A stretch of DNA of 64,000 bases from Chiloscyllium plagiosum (GCF_004010195.1 NC_057718.1:73082713-73146712), one strand, 5' to 3'; counted from the first letter of the stretch, positions 13,145-26,122 are shown. Notes: generated by a model from the sequence alone, not told the origin. Numbers and translations are program-made.

Positions 13145-13480
13145 GTGAGCGGCACAGTGGCACAGCGGTTAGCACTGCTGCCTCACAGCGCCTAGCACTG
13201 CTGCCTCACAGCGCCAGAGACCCGGGTTCAATTCCCGACTCAGGCGACTGTGTGGAGTTTGCACATTCTCTCTGTGTCTGCGTGGGTTTCCTCCGGGTGC
13301 TCTGGTTTCCTCCCACAGTCGAAAGATGTGCAGGTCAGGTGAATTGGCCATGCTAAATTGCCTGTAGCCTTAGGTAAGGGGTACATGTAAGGGTATGGGT
13401 GGGTTGCGCTTCGGCGGGGCGGTGTGGACTTGTTGGGCCGAAGGGCCTGTTTCCACACGAAGTAATCTAATCTAATCTAA
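13145..13480 (+). mobile_element. HE1-type V-SINE with duplicated 23-bp head segment
   Basis: SINE consensus, TAGCACTGCTGCCTCACAGCGCC present twice, (TAATC)n tail. Confidence 0.92.
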
Positions 13481-14029
13481 TTCAGCATTTCTAATTTTGA
13501 CAAAAGAAATCAAGCAACTTACTTCTGATTGTATTTCACTGGGTGAGGAAGAAAAAGGAAGTTCATTCCCAAATCTATGAAAATACTATAACACCATTAT
13601 TTCAGTGGTCACAACTTGTGCCTTGTCAGTTTGCATTTATTACAATCAAGTCTTACTTGAAATAAAAAAAATTGGAGAAGAAGAAAAAAACTTTATCAAT
13701 AAAAAGGACAAAGGTGAGAAAGTCTATTAGCTGTAAGCACAGGAGAATAACAGCCTATGATTGAAGGAGCAACTGCCTAAGCATCAGAGTGACAGTAAAG
13801 GAACACTGGGGGCAGGAGCAGATTGTATGGGACGGCAGGTTGGGCAGGATAACATCGCTAAGAGAGACACATACTGTGATGGAAGAGGTTGGTCACTAAG
13901 ATGGGTCCGCCTCTAAAAGCTCATGTAATATTATATTATATTCAGTGAGCAGACATCCTCTTAACTTTTCAAAAGGATTGTTAACCAAATAATTGTCACA
14001 GCAGTGTTCGATATACTTCCAAGTTAGGA

Positions 14030-14365
14030 TGGTTTGTGGCTTGGAGACGAAGTGGTATTACTGCCATCTATTGCCCTTATCCTTCTTCTAGCTGTTAGAA
14101 TTGCAGGTTTGGAAGGGGCTGAAGGTGCCTTGGTGAACTTGTGCAGTACATGTTCTAAGTGGTACACTCTGCTGCTAGTGTACATTGGTGAAAGGACTAG
14201 ATGTGTGTTGATATCGGTCAAGCATGGTACTTTGTGCTGGATGAAGTCAAACATCTTTATTATTGTAGCTGACTTCATACAAACAAGCAGGGTAATATAC
14301 CATCACACATCTGACCTCTACTTTGCAGAAAATGTAGAAGCTTTGGGAAGTCAGGAGGAGTGTGC
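14030..14365 (-). mobile_element. Old LINE 3' fragment
   Basis: Shares a GCTTTGGGAAGTCAG-like segment with ~11118; probably the same family as 11105-11675. Confidence 0.45.
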
Positions 14366-15185
14366 AGCAAGGTGAATGCACTGTGGACTGAGAGGAGCTC
14401 TATAAAGCAGCAGCATGTAAGGAAAGCAATGAACTGAGTTACTGCTTTGGGAGGATCGTGTGGGTAGGGATGAGATATTACTTGTAGGGTGTTGGCTATA
14501 CAAAAGAGAGGTCAGCCTAAGTATTTCTACTTTTATTATGAAATGACCTGCTGCAGTCCATTAAGTTAAAATAAAAGTGGGGACTTCAGACTGTCTTAGA
14601 ATGTTTGCAGTGGAAAACAACCCCTAGAGCAATTAGTATTCTTTACAGCAAGCAATTCAAGAGTTAAAGGGAAGCCATGACACCAGAACATGCAGCTATG
14701 ATATACTCCTTCTGCACCATGTAGGAAGTCATGGAGATTTCTACATTCCCTCATCAACGTGTGTAGACTGGGGAAGATCAGATCAAAAATTTTTATCTTG
14801 ATTTTTTTTCCACGACCTCGTGCAGACCCTGTCACTTCAATAATCTATCACCACAAGTGGTTGAGTTCTGTAGTCGCCAAAAGCATATCTTGCATCCTTG
14901 CCATCCTCAACATAACCTCTAAAAGATATTCAACATTAGGTTTCTTGTCCATGTTTGGTATCATGTTATCTACCTCTTTTCTTATTCCACTGACATTCTG
15001 CCCAGTTATCACAATTTACAATTCTTCCAGGTTTCTTGTCAGACTCATAGCACAGAGGTCCTGCAGCCTATCGACTCTGCATTGGTCAAAAACCACCTAG
15101 TTTATCTAGTTCCATTTTCCAGCACTTGGCCCATAGCCTTGTGCCTTAATATCACAAAATGCCTATCCAAACATTTCTTAAATAT

Positions 15186-15497
15186 CATGGGACAGCACAA
15201 TAGCTCAGTGGTTAGCACTTCTGCCTCACAGCACTAGGGACCTTGGTTCGATTCCCGCCTTGGGCAACTGTCTGTGGAATTTGCATGTTCTACCTGTGTC
15301 TGTGTGGGTTTCCTCCCACAAAGATGGCAGGTCAGGTGAATTGACCATGCTAAATTGCCCAGAGTGTTAGGTGCATTAGTCAGAGGTATGTATAGGGTAG
15401 GGGAATGGGTCTGGGTGGGTTACTCTTAGGAGGGGCGGTGTGGACTTGTTGGGCCGAAGGGCCTGTTTCCATACTGTAGAGAATCTAATCTAATCTA
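15186..15497 (+). mobile_element. HE1-type V-SINE
   Basis: SINE consensus with (AATCT)n tail. Confidence 0.9.
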
Positions 15498-15864
15498 AAA
15501 CTTCCAGTGTCTGCTGACAATGCCCAGGACAACTCCTTGACTGTATAGCACTGCACTATCCATCTGCTACCACTTGAGTGGGCCAGGGGCAAGAGTGACA
15601 GTGGCTTTTAGGACAGACAATATTTACAAAAAAAAAGATTCTTGCTTGAATATTCTGTGAGCTAGCTATCTAATTCTGGCATTAACCCCCATTTATTAAT
15701 CCAGAACTTCAGCATACTCAGCACTATTGACCCTGCAGTCATTTCCAGTGGCTAGGTTGATGTCGGATGGTCCATTTAAATGAGACTTTTTCAGCAGTTT
15801 GGTGCAACCGAGTGGCTTGCTAGGTCATTTCAGAAATCAGTTGATATGGTTAACCATGTTGCTG

Positions 15865-16084
15865 GAGAAAGTGAGGACTGCAGATGCTGGAGATCAGAGC
15901 CAAAAATGTGTTGCTGGAAAAGCGCAGCAGGTCAGGCAGCATCCAAGGAGCAGGAGAATCGACGTTTCGGGCATGAGCCCTTCTTCAGGAATGAAGAAGA
16001 AGGGCTCATGCCCGAAACGTCGATTCTCCTGCTCCTTGGATACTGCCTAACCTGCTGCGCTTTTCCAGCAACACATTTTCGGCT
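15865..16084. mobile_element. Palindromic Penelope pLTR-derived mini-element with 15-bp TSD
   Basis: Near-perfect inverted arms of ~90 bp; TSD TTAACCATGTTGCTG at 15850-15864 and 16085-16099. Confidence 0.9.
15957..15992 (-). ncRNA. Minimal type I hammerhead ribozyme motif
   Basis: ATTC-CTGAAGA-A-GGGC-TCAT-GCCC-GAAAC-GTC-GATT. Confidence 0.7.
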
Positions 16085-17013
16085 TTAACCATGTTGCTGC
16101 CAGTCCAGAGTCAAACGAAGGCCAAACCAGTTATGACTGGCACGTTCCTGAAGGATATAAATGAACTATGAATTTTACAAAAATAAATGTTAAAAATAAT
16201 CAGCCATCATTAGAATTTTAATTCAAATTTCACCCACTGCCGTGGTGGGATTTGAATTTGTGGCCCTAGAGCTTTATACAGGTCTCTAGTTTTCTGGTTC
16301 AATTATATTACTACCACGCCATCGACTCTCATCCATTAAAATAGGATGTCTTTAACAGGGGTTCTTTTGAACTAAGGGGCTCCAAGTTATTCTATTTTAA
16401 TGAGACAAAATTCGAAGAAAACGCATTAATTTAAGACATTTGCTATTGGATGTTCAGCTTGGTATTACAGAATTTATGAGTGTGTATTCTGTTGGAACTT
16501 AAATGTGACTGCCAGCACTCCCTGTAACAGAAGTATAACAGATTTAGCAGAAGACATCCAAGAATACGAGTGCTAATTGTTTTAAAAATTAATTTTTAAA
16601 AAGGATCGGCAGATGTGAAACTCACTCCTAATAAGTCACATAGTTTGAATTTTTGATCTGGGAATGACAGTATAGAATGGAATAGAATAGCATAGCAATT
16701 TGTCACATGTATTTTTACAAAGAAGTGAAAAATTGTCAGTTGGCAAAACAGTGTCTAAATTAGTGGTAGAGGTCAGAGGAAAATAAACTAAAAATTTAGT
16801 TCAGTTAAATCAAGTTAAATTTCTTCAAGATTTCTTTCAAGTAAACAAAAGTTCTAGATTCAATTTTTTAAAATTACAAACACAATTAAAACATAAGTGG
16901 TGTTACTATGCCACTGCATCATCTGATAAAAGAATTAAAATTTAGCTACGAAATAACCAAAAAAAAAAGTAGTAGTGTCTGAAAAGCAAATCAGCAGCTG
17001 TAAGAAAATTCAG

Positions 17014-17127
17014 CTTGTGGCAATAAAAGTGTCCCTACCACTGGACCAGGAGGCCCAGGTTCAAGCCCCATCTGCCTCAAAAAAAAGGTGTGTAATAACA
17101 TCTCTGAACAAGCCGATTAGAAAAATA
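17014..17127 (+). mobile_element. Short (~115 bp) tRNA-derived SINE
   Basis: B-box-like GGTTCAAGCCCC; related minus-strand copies at ~35905-35987 and ~63275-63380. Confidence 0.55.
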
Positions 17128-17582
17128 GATTAATAAAAACATTTAAATTTAAAGATGACCTCTCAGTTGCAAACAGATCCTCAAGATATTTCAATGTCAG
17201 ACTTGGGAAGAAAGTGAAACTCTGGAAGGGGATGATAAAATAGTAAAGGAGAAAACTCCTGGCTGTGTCCTGCTATGTCTGACTAAATTTAAATGACTTG
17301 AAGCTTTCATAGTTAGCATCCTGTTCCACTAGCAAGAAAAACAAAATCTCACAGTAACACTTGCTTGATTACAACAAATTACTTTTAAAGTATACAGGAT
17401 AGGCTATTTAAGGTTAAGAAGAGAAATTTCTTCACTTAGAGCATGTAATCATCAGCCACAGAAAGCAGTTGAACTCAAAACGCTTAAAGTTTAAGAAAAT
17501 TAGACAACTCTTAGGACTAAAAAGGGATCAAAAAGGGTGAGTGGCAATATGTGCATGAAGCCAGAGTACATATGTAGAATGT

Positions 17583-17618
17583 ATTCCTGATGAAGGGCTT
17601 TTGCCTGAAACGTCGATT
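17583..17618 (+). ncRNA. Minimal hammerhead ribozyme motif
   Basis: ATTC-CTGATGA-A-GGGC-TTTT-GCCT-GAAAC-GTC-GATT. Confidence 0.7.
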
Positions 17619-18197
17619 TTACTGCTCCACGGATGCTGTCTGAACTGCTGTGCTTTTCCAGCACCACTAATCAGAATCTGGTTTCCAGCATCTGCAGTCA
17701 CTGTTTTTACCTAGTTGATTTTAACCCTACTGCGAATCCTCTTGCAAGGATGCCTGCTTTGAAGTTTTCCTCCTCTCTCTACAAGAATCTCAGGGAGTCC
17801 CTCTCCCACTGCAACTCCCAGGTCATTTCCTCTGCCATGAAGCTCTTCAACCATGTCCTGAAACAAATTCATGACTACAGCCAAATTTGCTTCCTCAGTG
17901 CCTGCCTCCATAACCAACTCATCCCACATGGACTCCACACCATCTTTAAACCAGCAGAGTTTGGAACCGAACAAGACAAACCGTATAGACCACACAGATT
18001 CTAAAACACCAGCAATGGTTCTCCTTCAAAGATCCTCCGTTCCACGCTCGCAGCAATGCACCGGCACCTAACCTCTCTACAGTCAGCCCTGCCTCAGCTG
18101 AGGGCCACACACTCCCAGAACTGCAAAGGACCCCTTCTGTACTACATCCTCAGGAGAATTCATACTCTCAACAAACAGTATGTCAACTCCATCCTGT

Positions 18198-18233
18198 ATT
18201 CCTGATGAAGGGCTTTTGCCCGAAATGTTGTTT
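18198..18233 (+). ncRNA. Degenerate hammerhead motif (second direct repeat)
   Basis: ATTC-CTGATGA-A-GGGC-TTTT-GCCC-GAAAT-GTT; two C>T changes at CpGs. Confidence 0.5.
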
Positions 18234-18544
18234 TTACTGCCCCTCGGATGCAGTCTGAACTGCTGTGCTTTTCCAGCACCACTAATCCAAAGTGTTAAAT
18301 GAGTACTTTACAGAATGCAAGTACTTCACATGAGGATGTAAATTACAGAATTTGAAAAGATGAACTGAAGTTCTTGAGCAGACTAATGCAAGGAGTAAGG
18401 AAGAGTTGGAGATTTAGGCAGATTTAACAAGTTTTAGAATCCTCACTGATTTTTCATTAATTTTATTCTTTTATCAATGTTAAATTAAGCTGGAATGACC
18501 TGCAGACCTTGGGACAGCTTGCGGTAAAAAGGAACAGAACAGAA

Positions 18545-19105
18545 CAAGGTCCTGTATAGGACCTTGGTAAGGCCACATTTGGAGTACTGTGTACAGTTCT
18601 GGTCGCCTCATTTTAGGAAAGATGTGGAAGCTTTGGAGAGGGTGCAGAGGAGATTTACCAGGATGTTGCCTGGAATGGAGAATAGGCCGTACGAGGATAG
18701 GTTGAGTGCTAAGCATTTTCTCACTGGAACGGCGAAGGATGAGGGGTGACTTGATAGAGGTTTATAACATGATCAGGGGAATAGATAGAGTAGACAGTCA
18801 GAGACTTTTTCCCCCGGGTACAACAGTGTTACATGGGGACATAAATTTAAGGTGGTGAAGGGTGGAAGGTATGGGGGGGAGGGGGGGGTGATGGCAGGGG
18901 TAGATTCTTTACCCAGAAAGAGTGGTGGGGGCATGGAATGCGCTGCCTGTGGGAGTGGCAGAGTCAGAATTATAATCATTGGTGACCTTTAAGCGGCAAT
19001 TGGATAGGTACATGGATAGGTGCTTAAGCTAGGACAAATGTTCGGCACAACATCGTGGGCCGAAGGGCCTGTTCTGTGCTGTATTGTTCTATGTTTTATG
19101 TTCTA
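18545..19105 (+). mobile_element. 5'-truncated CR1 LINE
   Basis: [20 protein letters not shown] peptide and TTCTATG tail. Confidence 0.92.
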
Positions 19106-19296
19106 AGCTTTGTTTGAGGGGCCGGGTCTGGAGATAATTACAGGCTGAACCTTGATTAAAACAGTACATGAGATGGCACACGTTGAAGAGTAACAAGACA
19201 AGGGGGTACTCAATTAATGGCAATGACACCAAGAAGCTAATAGAAACAGAGGGACCTTGGGGTACTTGACCACAGTTCCCTGAAGGTTAGTAGGGT

Positions 19297-22200
19297 TAGA
19301 AAATTTACAGCCCAGGAAAACTCCCTTCGGCCCTCCAAGCCTGAGCTGATCCAAATCTGTCTAAAGCTGTCAGTCAATTCCTAAGCATCTGTATCCCTTT
19401 GCTCCCCACTTACTCATGCATCTGTTCAGACAGATCTTAAATGAATATACTGTGCCTGCCTCGATCACCTCTGCTGGCAACACGTTCCAGACGCCCACTC
19501 CTGTGTAAAGTACTTGCCACGTGTATCTCCCTTAAACTTTCCACCTCTCACCTTGAAAGCGTGACCTCTCGTTATTGAATCCTTCACCCTGGGAAAGAGC
19601 TGGTCTCTATCCTCCCTGTCCATACCCTTCATGATTTTGTAAACCTCAATCAGGTCCCCTTCAATCTCCTTTTTTTCTAAAAAAAAACACACCTAACCTA
19701 CTCAACCTCTCTTCATAGCTAGCACCTTCCATACCAGGCAACATCCTCGTAAACCTTCTCTGCACCCTCTCCAAAGCATCCACATCCATTTGGTAATGTG
19801 GCAACCAGAACTGTACACAGTATTCTAAACGCAACTGAACCAATGTCTTGTACAATGTTAAGATGACTTGCCAGCTCTTATACTCAATACCCCATCCAAT
19901 GAAGGCAAGCATACTATATGCCTTCTTGACCACTCTATCCATTTGTGTAGCAACCTTCAGGGTACAATGGACCTGCACTCCCTGCCCAACTTTTCCCAAG
20001 GCTCTTCTGTTCATTGTATAATTCACTCTCGAATTAGATGTGTCTAAATGCATCACCTCACATTTGTCTGGATTGAAAGCCATCTGCCACTTTTCTGCCC
20101 AACTCTCCAGTCTATCTATATCCTCCTGTATTCTCTGACAGTCCCTTATGCTTTGCTATTCCACCAATCTTCGGGTCACCTGCAAACTTGATCGTACCAA
20201 CAGTGTCCTCTTCCAGAGCATTTATGTATATTACAAAACAACAGTGGCCCCAACACTGACCCCTGTGGAACATCACTGGTCATCTTTCTCCATTTCGAGC
20301 AACTCCCTTCAACTACTACGGTCTCCTGTTGCTCAACCAGTTCTTTATCCACCTAGCTAGAACACCCTGCACACCATAGGACTTCACCTTCTCCATTAGT
20401 TTACCATAGGGAACCTTACTAAAGTCCATGTATATGACATCAACAGCACTTCCTTCATCTATCAACTTGGTCACTTCCTCGAAGAGCTCTAAGTTGGTAA
20501 GGCACGATCTCCCCCGCACAAATCCATGTTGCCTATCACTGATATGCCCATTCTTTTCTAAATGTAATAGATCCTATCCCTCAGTACCCTCTCCAGCAAC
20601 TTTCCCACCACTGACACCAGACTCACTGGTCTGTAGTTACCCGGAATATCCCTACTACCTTTCTTGTACAGGGGGACAACATGAGCAACCTTTCAGTCCT
20701 CCGGCACCTCACTTATATTTAAGGATGCCACAAAGATATCTGTCAGGGCCCTAGCTACTTCCTCTCTCTCGCCTCCCTCAGCAACCTGGGATAGATTCCA
20801 TACGGTCCTGGGAATTTGTCCACCTTAATAACCTCTAGCCTACCTAACACATCTTCCCTACTTATGCCAACTTGATCCAGACAAATCAAACTTCTATCTC
20901 TAATCTCAAGATTCATCATGTTCCCCTCCTCAGTGAGCACTGATGCAAAGTCCCACTTCAGGCAACTGGCTGTGTGGAATTTGCACATTCTCCCAGTGTC
21001 TGCGTGGGTTTCCTCTCAATCCAAAAAATGAGCAAGTTAGGTGAATTGGCCGTGCTAAATTGCCCATAGCGTATTGGGTGAAGGGGTAAATGTAGAGGAA
21101 TGGGTCTGGGTGGGTTGCTCTTCGGAGGGTCGGTGTGGTCTTGTTGGGCCTAAGGGCCCGTTTCCACACTAAGTAATCTAATCTAATCAAAGTAATCATT
21201 CAGAATCTCACCCATTCTCAGGTTCGACACACAGTCTTCCTTCATTATCCTTTAGTGGACCAATCCTTTCTCTAGTTACCAGCTTGCTTCTTGTACAAGA
21301 ATAAAATGCTTTGGGATTCTCCTTACTTCTGCTTGCTAAAACTATGTCATGACCCCTTTTAGCCCGCTTGATCCCTTATTTAAGACTTGTCCTACTCTTC
21401 CGATATTCCTCCAGGGCCCATTCTGTTCTTAGCTGCCTAGACCTTATGTAGGGATGTACACTTCCCTTTTCCTCTTGGCTAGTCGTACAACTTCCCGTCA
21501 TCCACGGTTCACGAATCTTTCCCTTCAGCAGGACTTGCCGATCCTGCACTATCTTGGAAAGCCTCCCACATATCAAATGTGGATTTCCCTTCAAATAGCT
21601 GTGTCCAATCTACATTTCCCAGCTCCTGCCTAATTTTGATATAATTGGCCTTGGCCCAGTTTAATACTCTTACCTTGGGACCACTCTCTTCTTTATCTAC
21701 GAGTATTCTAAAAACTTACAGAATTGTGGTCACTGTTCCCAAAGAAATCCCCCACCACAACAACTTCTACCACCTGTCCTGACTCATTCCCCAGTACCAG
21801 ATCCAATATGGCCCTTCCCTCGTCGGACTATTGACATACTGCTCTAGAAAACTCTCCTGAACGCTTCTTACAAATTCTATCACATCCAGATCTCTGACGC
21901 TAAGTGTATCCCATCACCACTACCCTATTGCCTCTACATCTTTGCATAATCCATTTATCCATTTGTTATTTACCTCACGCTCACTGTTGGGAGGCCTGTA
22001 ATACAGCCCCAACAATGTAACCACACCCTTATTTCTCAGCTCCACCCATAACACCTCACTACCCACGACCTCCATATAGTGTCCTCCTTTAGCATAGGAG
22101 TGATAACGTCCCTGACCAGCAATGCAATCCATCCCCCCCAGCTTTACTTCCCACCCTGTCCTGTCTGAACAGTCTATATCCTGGAACATTTAGTTGCCAA

Positions 22201-23277
22201 TCATCATGCCCTTCCTTCAACCAAGTCTCTGTGATTGCAATAATGTCATACTCCCAGACACCAATCCAAGCCCTAAGTTCACCTGCCTTACATACTATAT
22301 TCCTTGCATTAAAGTAGATGCATTTCAGGCCACCAGTTCTTTTGCGCTCATCTGCTCTCAGCCTTAATAAAGGGAAGAGTAGGCAATCTTCATGATTGTT
22401 AGTCTCCACCTCGCTGCCTACTTGTTTTCTCTTCTGGTTCCCAGTCCCCTGACATTAGTTTAAAGCCTCCACAACAGCAGTAGCAAAAACTCCCCCAAGG
22501 ACATTGGGTCTGGTTCTGGGGAAGGTGGCACAATTACAAAATGGACGGTCTACATCTGAACTAGACCGGAACCAACGTCCAACAAATCTGAACCCCTCCT
22601 TCCAATACCACCTCTCAAGCCATGTGTTCATCCTGCCTATTTTTTCATTTCTACGCTGGCTAGAACACGGCACAGGTAGTAACCCGGAGATCACTACCTT
22701 GGAGGTCCTCCTCTAACTTTTCTCCTGGCTCCCTGACTTCTTTCAGGACCTTATCTCGTTTTCTACTTATATCGTTGGTGCCTATATGCACCGAGACAAC
22801 TGGTTATTCACCCTCCCCTTTTAGTGACAGTGACATCCCTGAGCCGAGCACCTGGGAGGTAACATGCCATTTAACACCGGGAGTCCCATTTACAGCCACA
22901 GAACCACACATCTACTCCCCTCTCAATAAAATCCCCTATGAATTTAGCCCTACAAGTCTTTTTCCGCCCTTCTGAACAACAGTGCCCGCCATGGTGCCAT
23001 GACCTTGACAACTGCTGCCCTCTACTGGTGAACCATCTCCCCCAACAGTATCCAAAATGGTATACCTCTTTTGGAGAAAGATGACCGCAGAGGACACCTG
23101 CACTACCTTCCTACTCTTTTTCAGTCTTTTGGTCACCCATTCACTGTCTCCCTCAGCAATTCTAACCTGCGGTGTGACCAGTTCACTAAACGTGCTATCC
23201 ACGACCTCAGCATTGCGGACGCTCCAGTGAGTCTATTTGCAGCTCCAGAGCAGTCAAACAAAAGCTCCAGCTGGTTG
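19297..23277 (-). mobile_element. Near full-length decayed CR1 LINE (ORF1 esterase-like, EN, RT)
   Basis: ORF1 ISGLLPVP...WLERW, EN YFNARNI...AITETWL, RT DVIYMDFSK and EYCVQFW. Confidence 0.92.
20952..21187 (+). mobile_element. 5'-truncated HE1-type SINE inside CR1
   Basis: SINE body and (TAATC)n tail; CAAAGT duplicated at 20946-20951 and 21188-21193. Confidence 0.88.
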
Positions 23278-23284
23278 TAAAAAT

Positions 23285-24035
23285 GACATAAGAAACTTTC
23301 CTTTATCAGTCATGGCATTGATTAAGAGGGCAGGAAGGACATATTGGAAGTTTACAATACTTTGGTAGGCTAGAGTTGGAGTACTGTGTGCATTTTTATA
23401 GGAAGAATGTAGGGGGTGCAAAAGGTTGGTGTAATAGTTATAAAGACAGGTTGGATAAGTTGATTGTTTTCTTGGAGCAAGGCTGAAGGACGATCTGATG
23501 GGGGGCGTGGACTGGATGGATAGAAAGCAGCTGTTCTCTTAGAGTCATAGCACAGCACAGAAACAGACCCTTCGGTCCAACCTGTCCATGCCGACCAGAT
23601 ATCCCAACCCAATCTAGTCCCACCTGCCAGCACCCTGCCCATATCCTTCCAAACCCTTCCTATTCATATACCCAACCAAATGCCCCTCTTACCAAGAGGG
23701 CATAATTTAAAATGAAAGCCAGGAGGTTTAGAGGGAATTTGAGGGAAAACATGATAAAGGAGCCTGGGAATTCATTTCCTGGGATGGTAGTTGAGGCAGG
23801 AAACTGCACACCCTTTAAACTGTAAGCACTCTCAGTGTCATAACATTGAAGGCTATGGGCCTAGGTATGGAAAAATGGAAAATGTAATAGTAGGATTTTG
23901 GCAGTACAGACTTGATGGGCCAAAGGTTCTCTTTTATTCTGTTTCACGAAACTGCAGGAACAGTGACGATCAGCCATGATCATACTGAATGGCAGAGCAG
24001 GCTTAAAGGACCAAATGGCCTATTTTCTTTATATG
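23285..24035 (+). mobile_element. CR1 3' fragments, with a nested minus-strand CR1 tail at ~23542-23685
   Basis: LVRLELEYCVHF remnant and 3' stem-loop tails. Confidence 0.7.
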
Positions 24036-25122
24036 AACAAGGGATATTCAATGACATGCTGACAACCAATTGTCACCTGATCAAATCCACCACCTCAACA
24101 GCAAAAAGGTAACAAAAGCAGTGCTTCAAAAAGAATACCTAAAAGGCTGAAATATCTCACCAATGCTACCCTCATTGGTTTCACCCCTCTCTAGGGGAAT
24201 GCTTGAAAAAAAAGTGAAAGATAGATTTAAATTTCTGTCTATTGAGACCAAAAGCATGCTGGACTAAGATCAGCATGTCAGCACCTTGACCTGCAAAAAT
24301 TGGATGCTACAGCTTATGTTTAATGTTACACTAAGTAAGAATTCACATTTTAGACACGCGCAGGAGAGTGTGTGCTTTAAAATGTTTAAAGCATCAACAA
24401 AACACTTTACAAGCTAAAAGGTTTAGCAAGTGTATGATGCACTTGATGTGCTCGAATATCAAATTGAGATGTAACAGCCCTTTTTATAACATTGCTACCA
24501 TTGCAATCAATTACTCATGTTTAGATATGGTAGGTTCTAAATCACTACACAATACTACAGACTCCACTCTTCAAGATATTTACTTGCTATAAAAGACAAT
24601 ATACAAATTATGGTCTGCAAACAAAATAAAAAAAAAAGACGATCAAAAAAATCTCAGTATGCACAAAAATGCTCATAACTGATTTGCCTTCAGGGGTTTA
24701 TTCCTTTTCCCTCACATTTGTTTCCAAAAGAATGTGCCCCAAGAGCTCAAAAGAATGTGTTTCATACCAAAGCAAAGAGCTTGCCTACATTGTTGAGGGA
24801 TTTAAAAATTAATTTAATAAGTGCTAATTTCACCTTATAACTTCAACAGTTTCCCACACATTTTAATTTCCACTTGATGCTTTTCTCTGCAGTTTATTTT
24901 CAGAAGAAAGACAGCATATTTAACTTACTATCCAAGTTGGTTTACTTTGAAAACCAGGTACAGCAGGCTGGTTCCAAATAATTTTTGTTAACCTTTACTT
25001 AAAATTGAACATTTAGCAGATAAGTTCAAATTTAGAAAAAGATACAAGTTCAAAGCTTGTGAAGATTTGTAGCTTGGGTGCTCATTTTTGTGGTTCTGTT
25101 CGCCGAGCTGGGAATTTGTGTT

Positions 25123-25162
25123 GCAGACGTTTCGTCCCCTGTCTAGGTGACATCCTCAGTGC
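25123..25162 (-). ncRNA. Minimal hammerhead ribozyme motif in pLTR
   Basis: GCA-CTGAGGA-T-GTCACCT-AGAC-AGGGGAC-GAAAC-GTC-TGC. Confidence 0.75.
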
Positions 25163-26082
25163 TTGGGAGCCTCCTGTGAAGCGCTTCTGTGATGTTTCCT
25201 CCGGCATTTATAGTCGTTTGAATCTGCCGCTTCTGGTTGTCAGTTCCAGCTGTCCGTTGCAGTGGTCAGTATATTGGGTCCAGGTCGATGTGCTTATTGA
25301 TTGAATCTGTGGATGAGTGCCATGCCTCTAGGAATTCCCTGGCTGTTCTGTTTGGCTTGTCCTATAATAGTAGTGTTGTCCCAGTTGAATTCATGTTGCT
25401 TGTCATCTGCGTGTGTGGCTACTAAGGATAGCTGGTTGTGTCGTTTTGTGGCTAGTTAGTGTTCATGGATGCGGATCGTTAGCTGTCTTCCTGTTTGTCC
25501 TATGTAGTGTTTTGTGCAGTCCTTGCATGGGATTTTGTACGCTACATTGGTTTTGCTCATGTTGGGTATCGGGTCCTTCGTTCTGGTGAGTTGTTGTCTG
25601 AGAGTGGCTGTTGGTTTGTGTGCTGAGTCTTAGTGGTCACAGTAGTCTAGCTGTCAGTTCGGAAATGCTCTTGATGTATGGTAGTGTGGCTAGTCCTTTG
25701 GGTTGCGGCATGTCCTCGTTCCGTTGTCTTTCCCTTAGACATCTGTTGATGAAATTGCGCGGGTATCCATTTTTGACGAATACATTGTGTAGGTGTTCTT
25801 CCTCCTTTTGCAGTTCTGGTGTACTGCAGAGTGTTGTGGCCCTTTTGAATAGTGTCTTGATGCAACTTCTTTTGTGTGTGTTGGGGTGGTTGCTTTCGTA
25901 GTTCAGGGAATTCCTAGAGGCATGGCACTCATCCACAGATTCAATCAATAAGCACATCGACCTGGACCCAATATACTGACCACTGCAACGGACAGCTGGA
26001 ACTGACAACCAGAAGCGGCAGATTCAAACGACTATAAATGCCGGAGGAAACATCACAGAAGCGCTTCACAGGAGGCTCCCAA

Positions 26083-26122
26083 GCACTGAGGATGTCACCT
26101 AGACCTGGGACGAAACGTCTGC
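26083..26122 (+). ncRNA. Minimal hammerhead ribozyme motif in inverted pLTR
   Basis: GCA-CTGAGGA-T-GTCACC...GGGAC-GAAAC-GTC-TGC. Confidence 0.7.

Larger units (their letters stand above)
15800..16330 (-). mobile_element. Second tRNA-derived SINE family, host of the 15865-16084 insertion
   Basis: Minus-strand GATGGCGTGGTAGTAAT A-box-like and TTCAAATCCCACCACGGCAG B-box-like head; sequence resumes across the TSD. Confidence 0.55.
17580..18292 (+). mobile_element. Penelope-derived unit: two direct hammerhead-bearing pLTRs flanking a PLE ORF N-terminal fragment
   Basis: Direct repeats begin TGTATTCCTGATGAAGGGCTTTTGCC at 17580 and 18195. The internal peptide ICFLSACLHNQLIPHGL resembles the PLE N-terminal FLxxCL...IPxGL motif. 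Confidence 0.8.

Noticed and set aside
13523..13574. Exon-like minus-strand segment (FGNELPFSSSPSEIQSE) with AG and GTAAGT
   Set aside because: No resemblance to RLF-family exon 2, and the phase-0 reading hits a stop at once.
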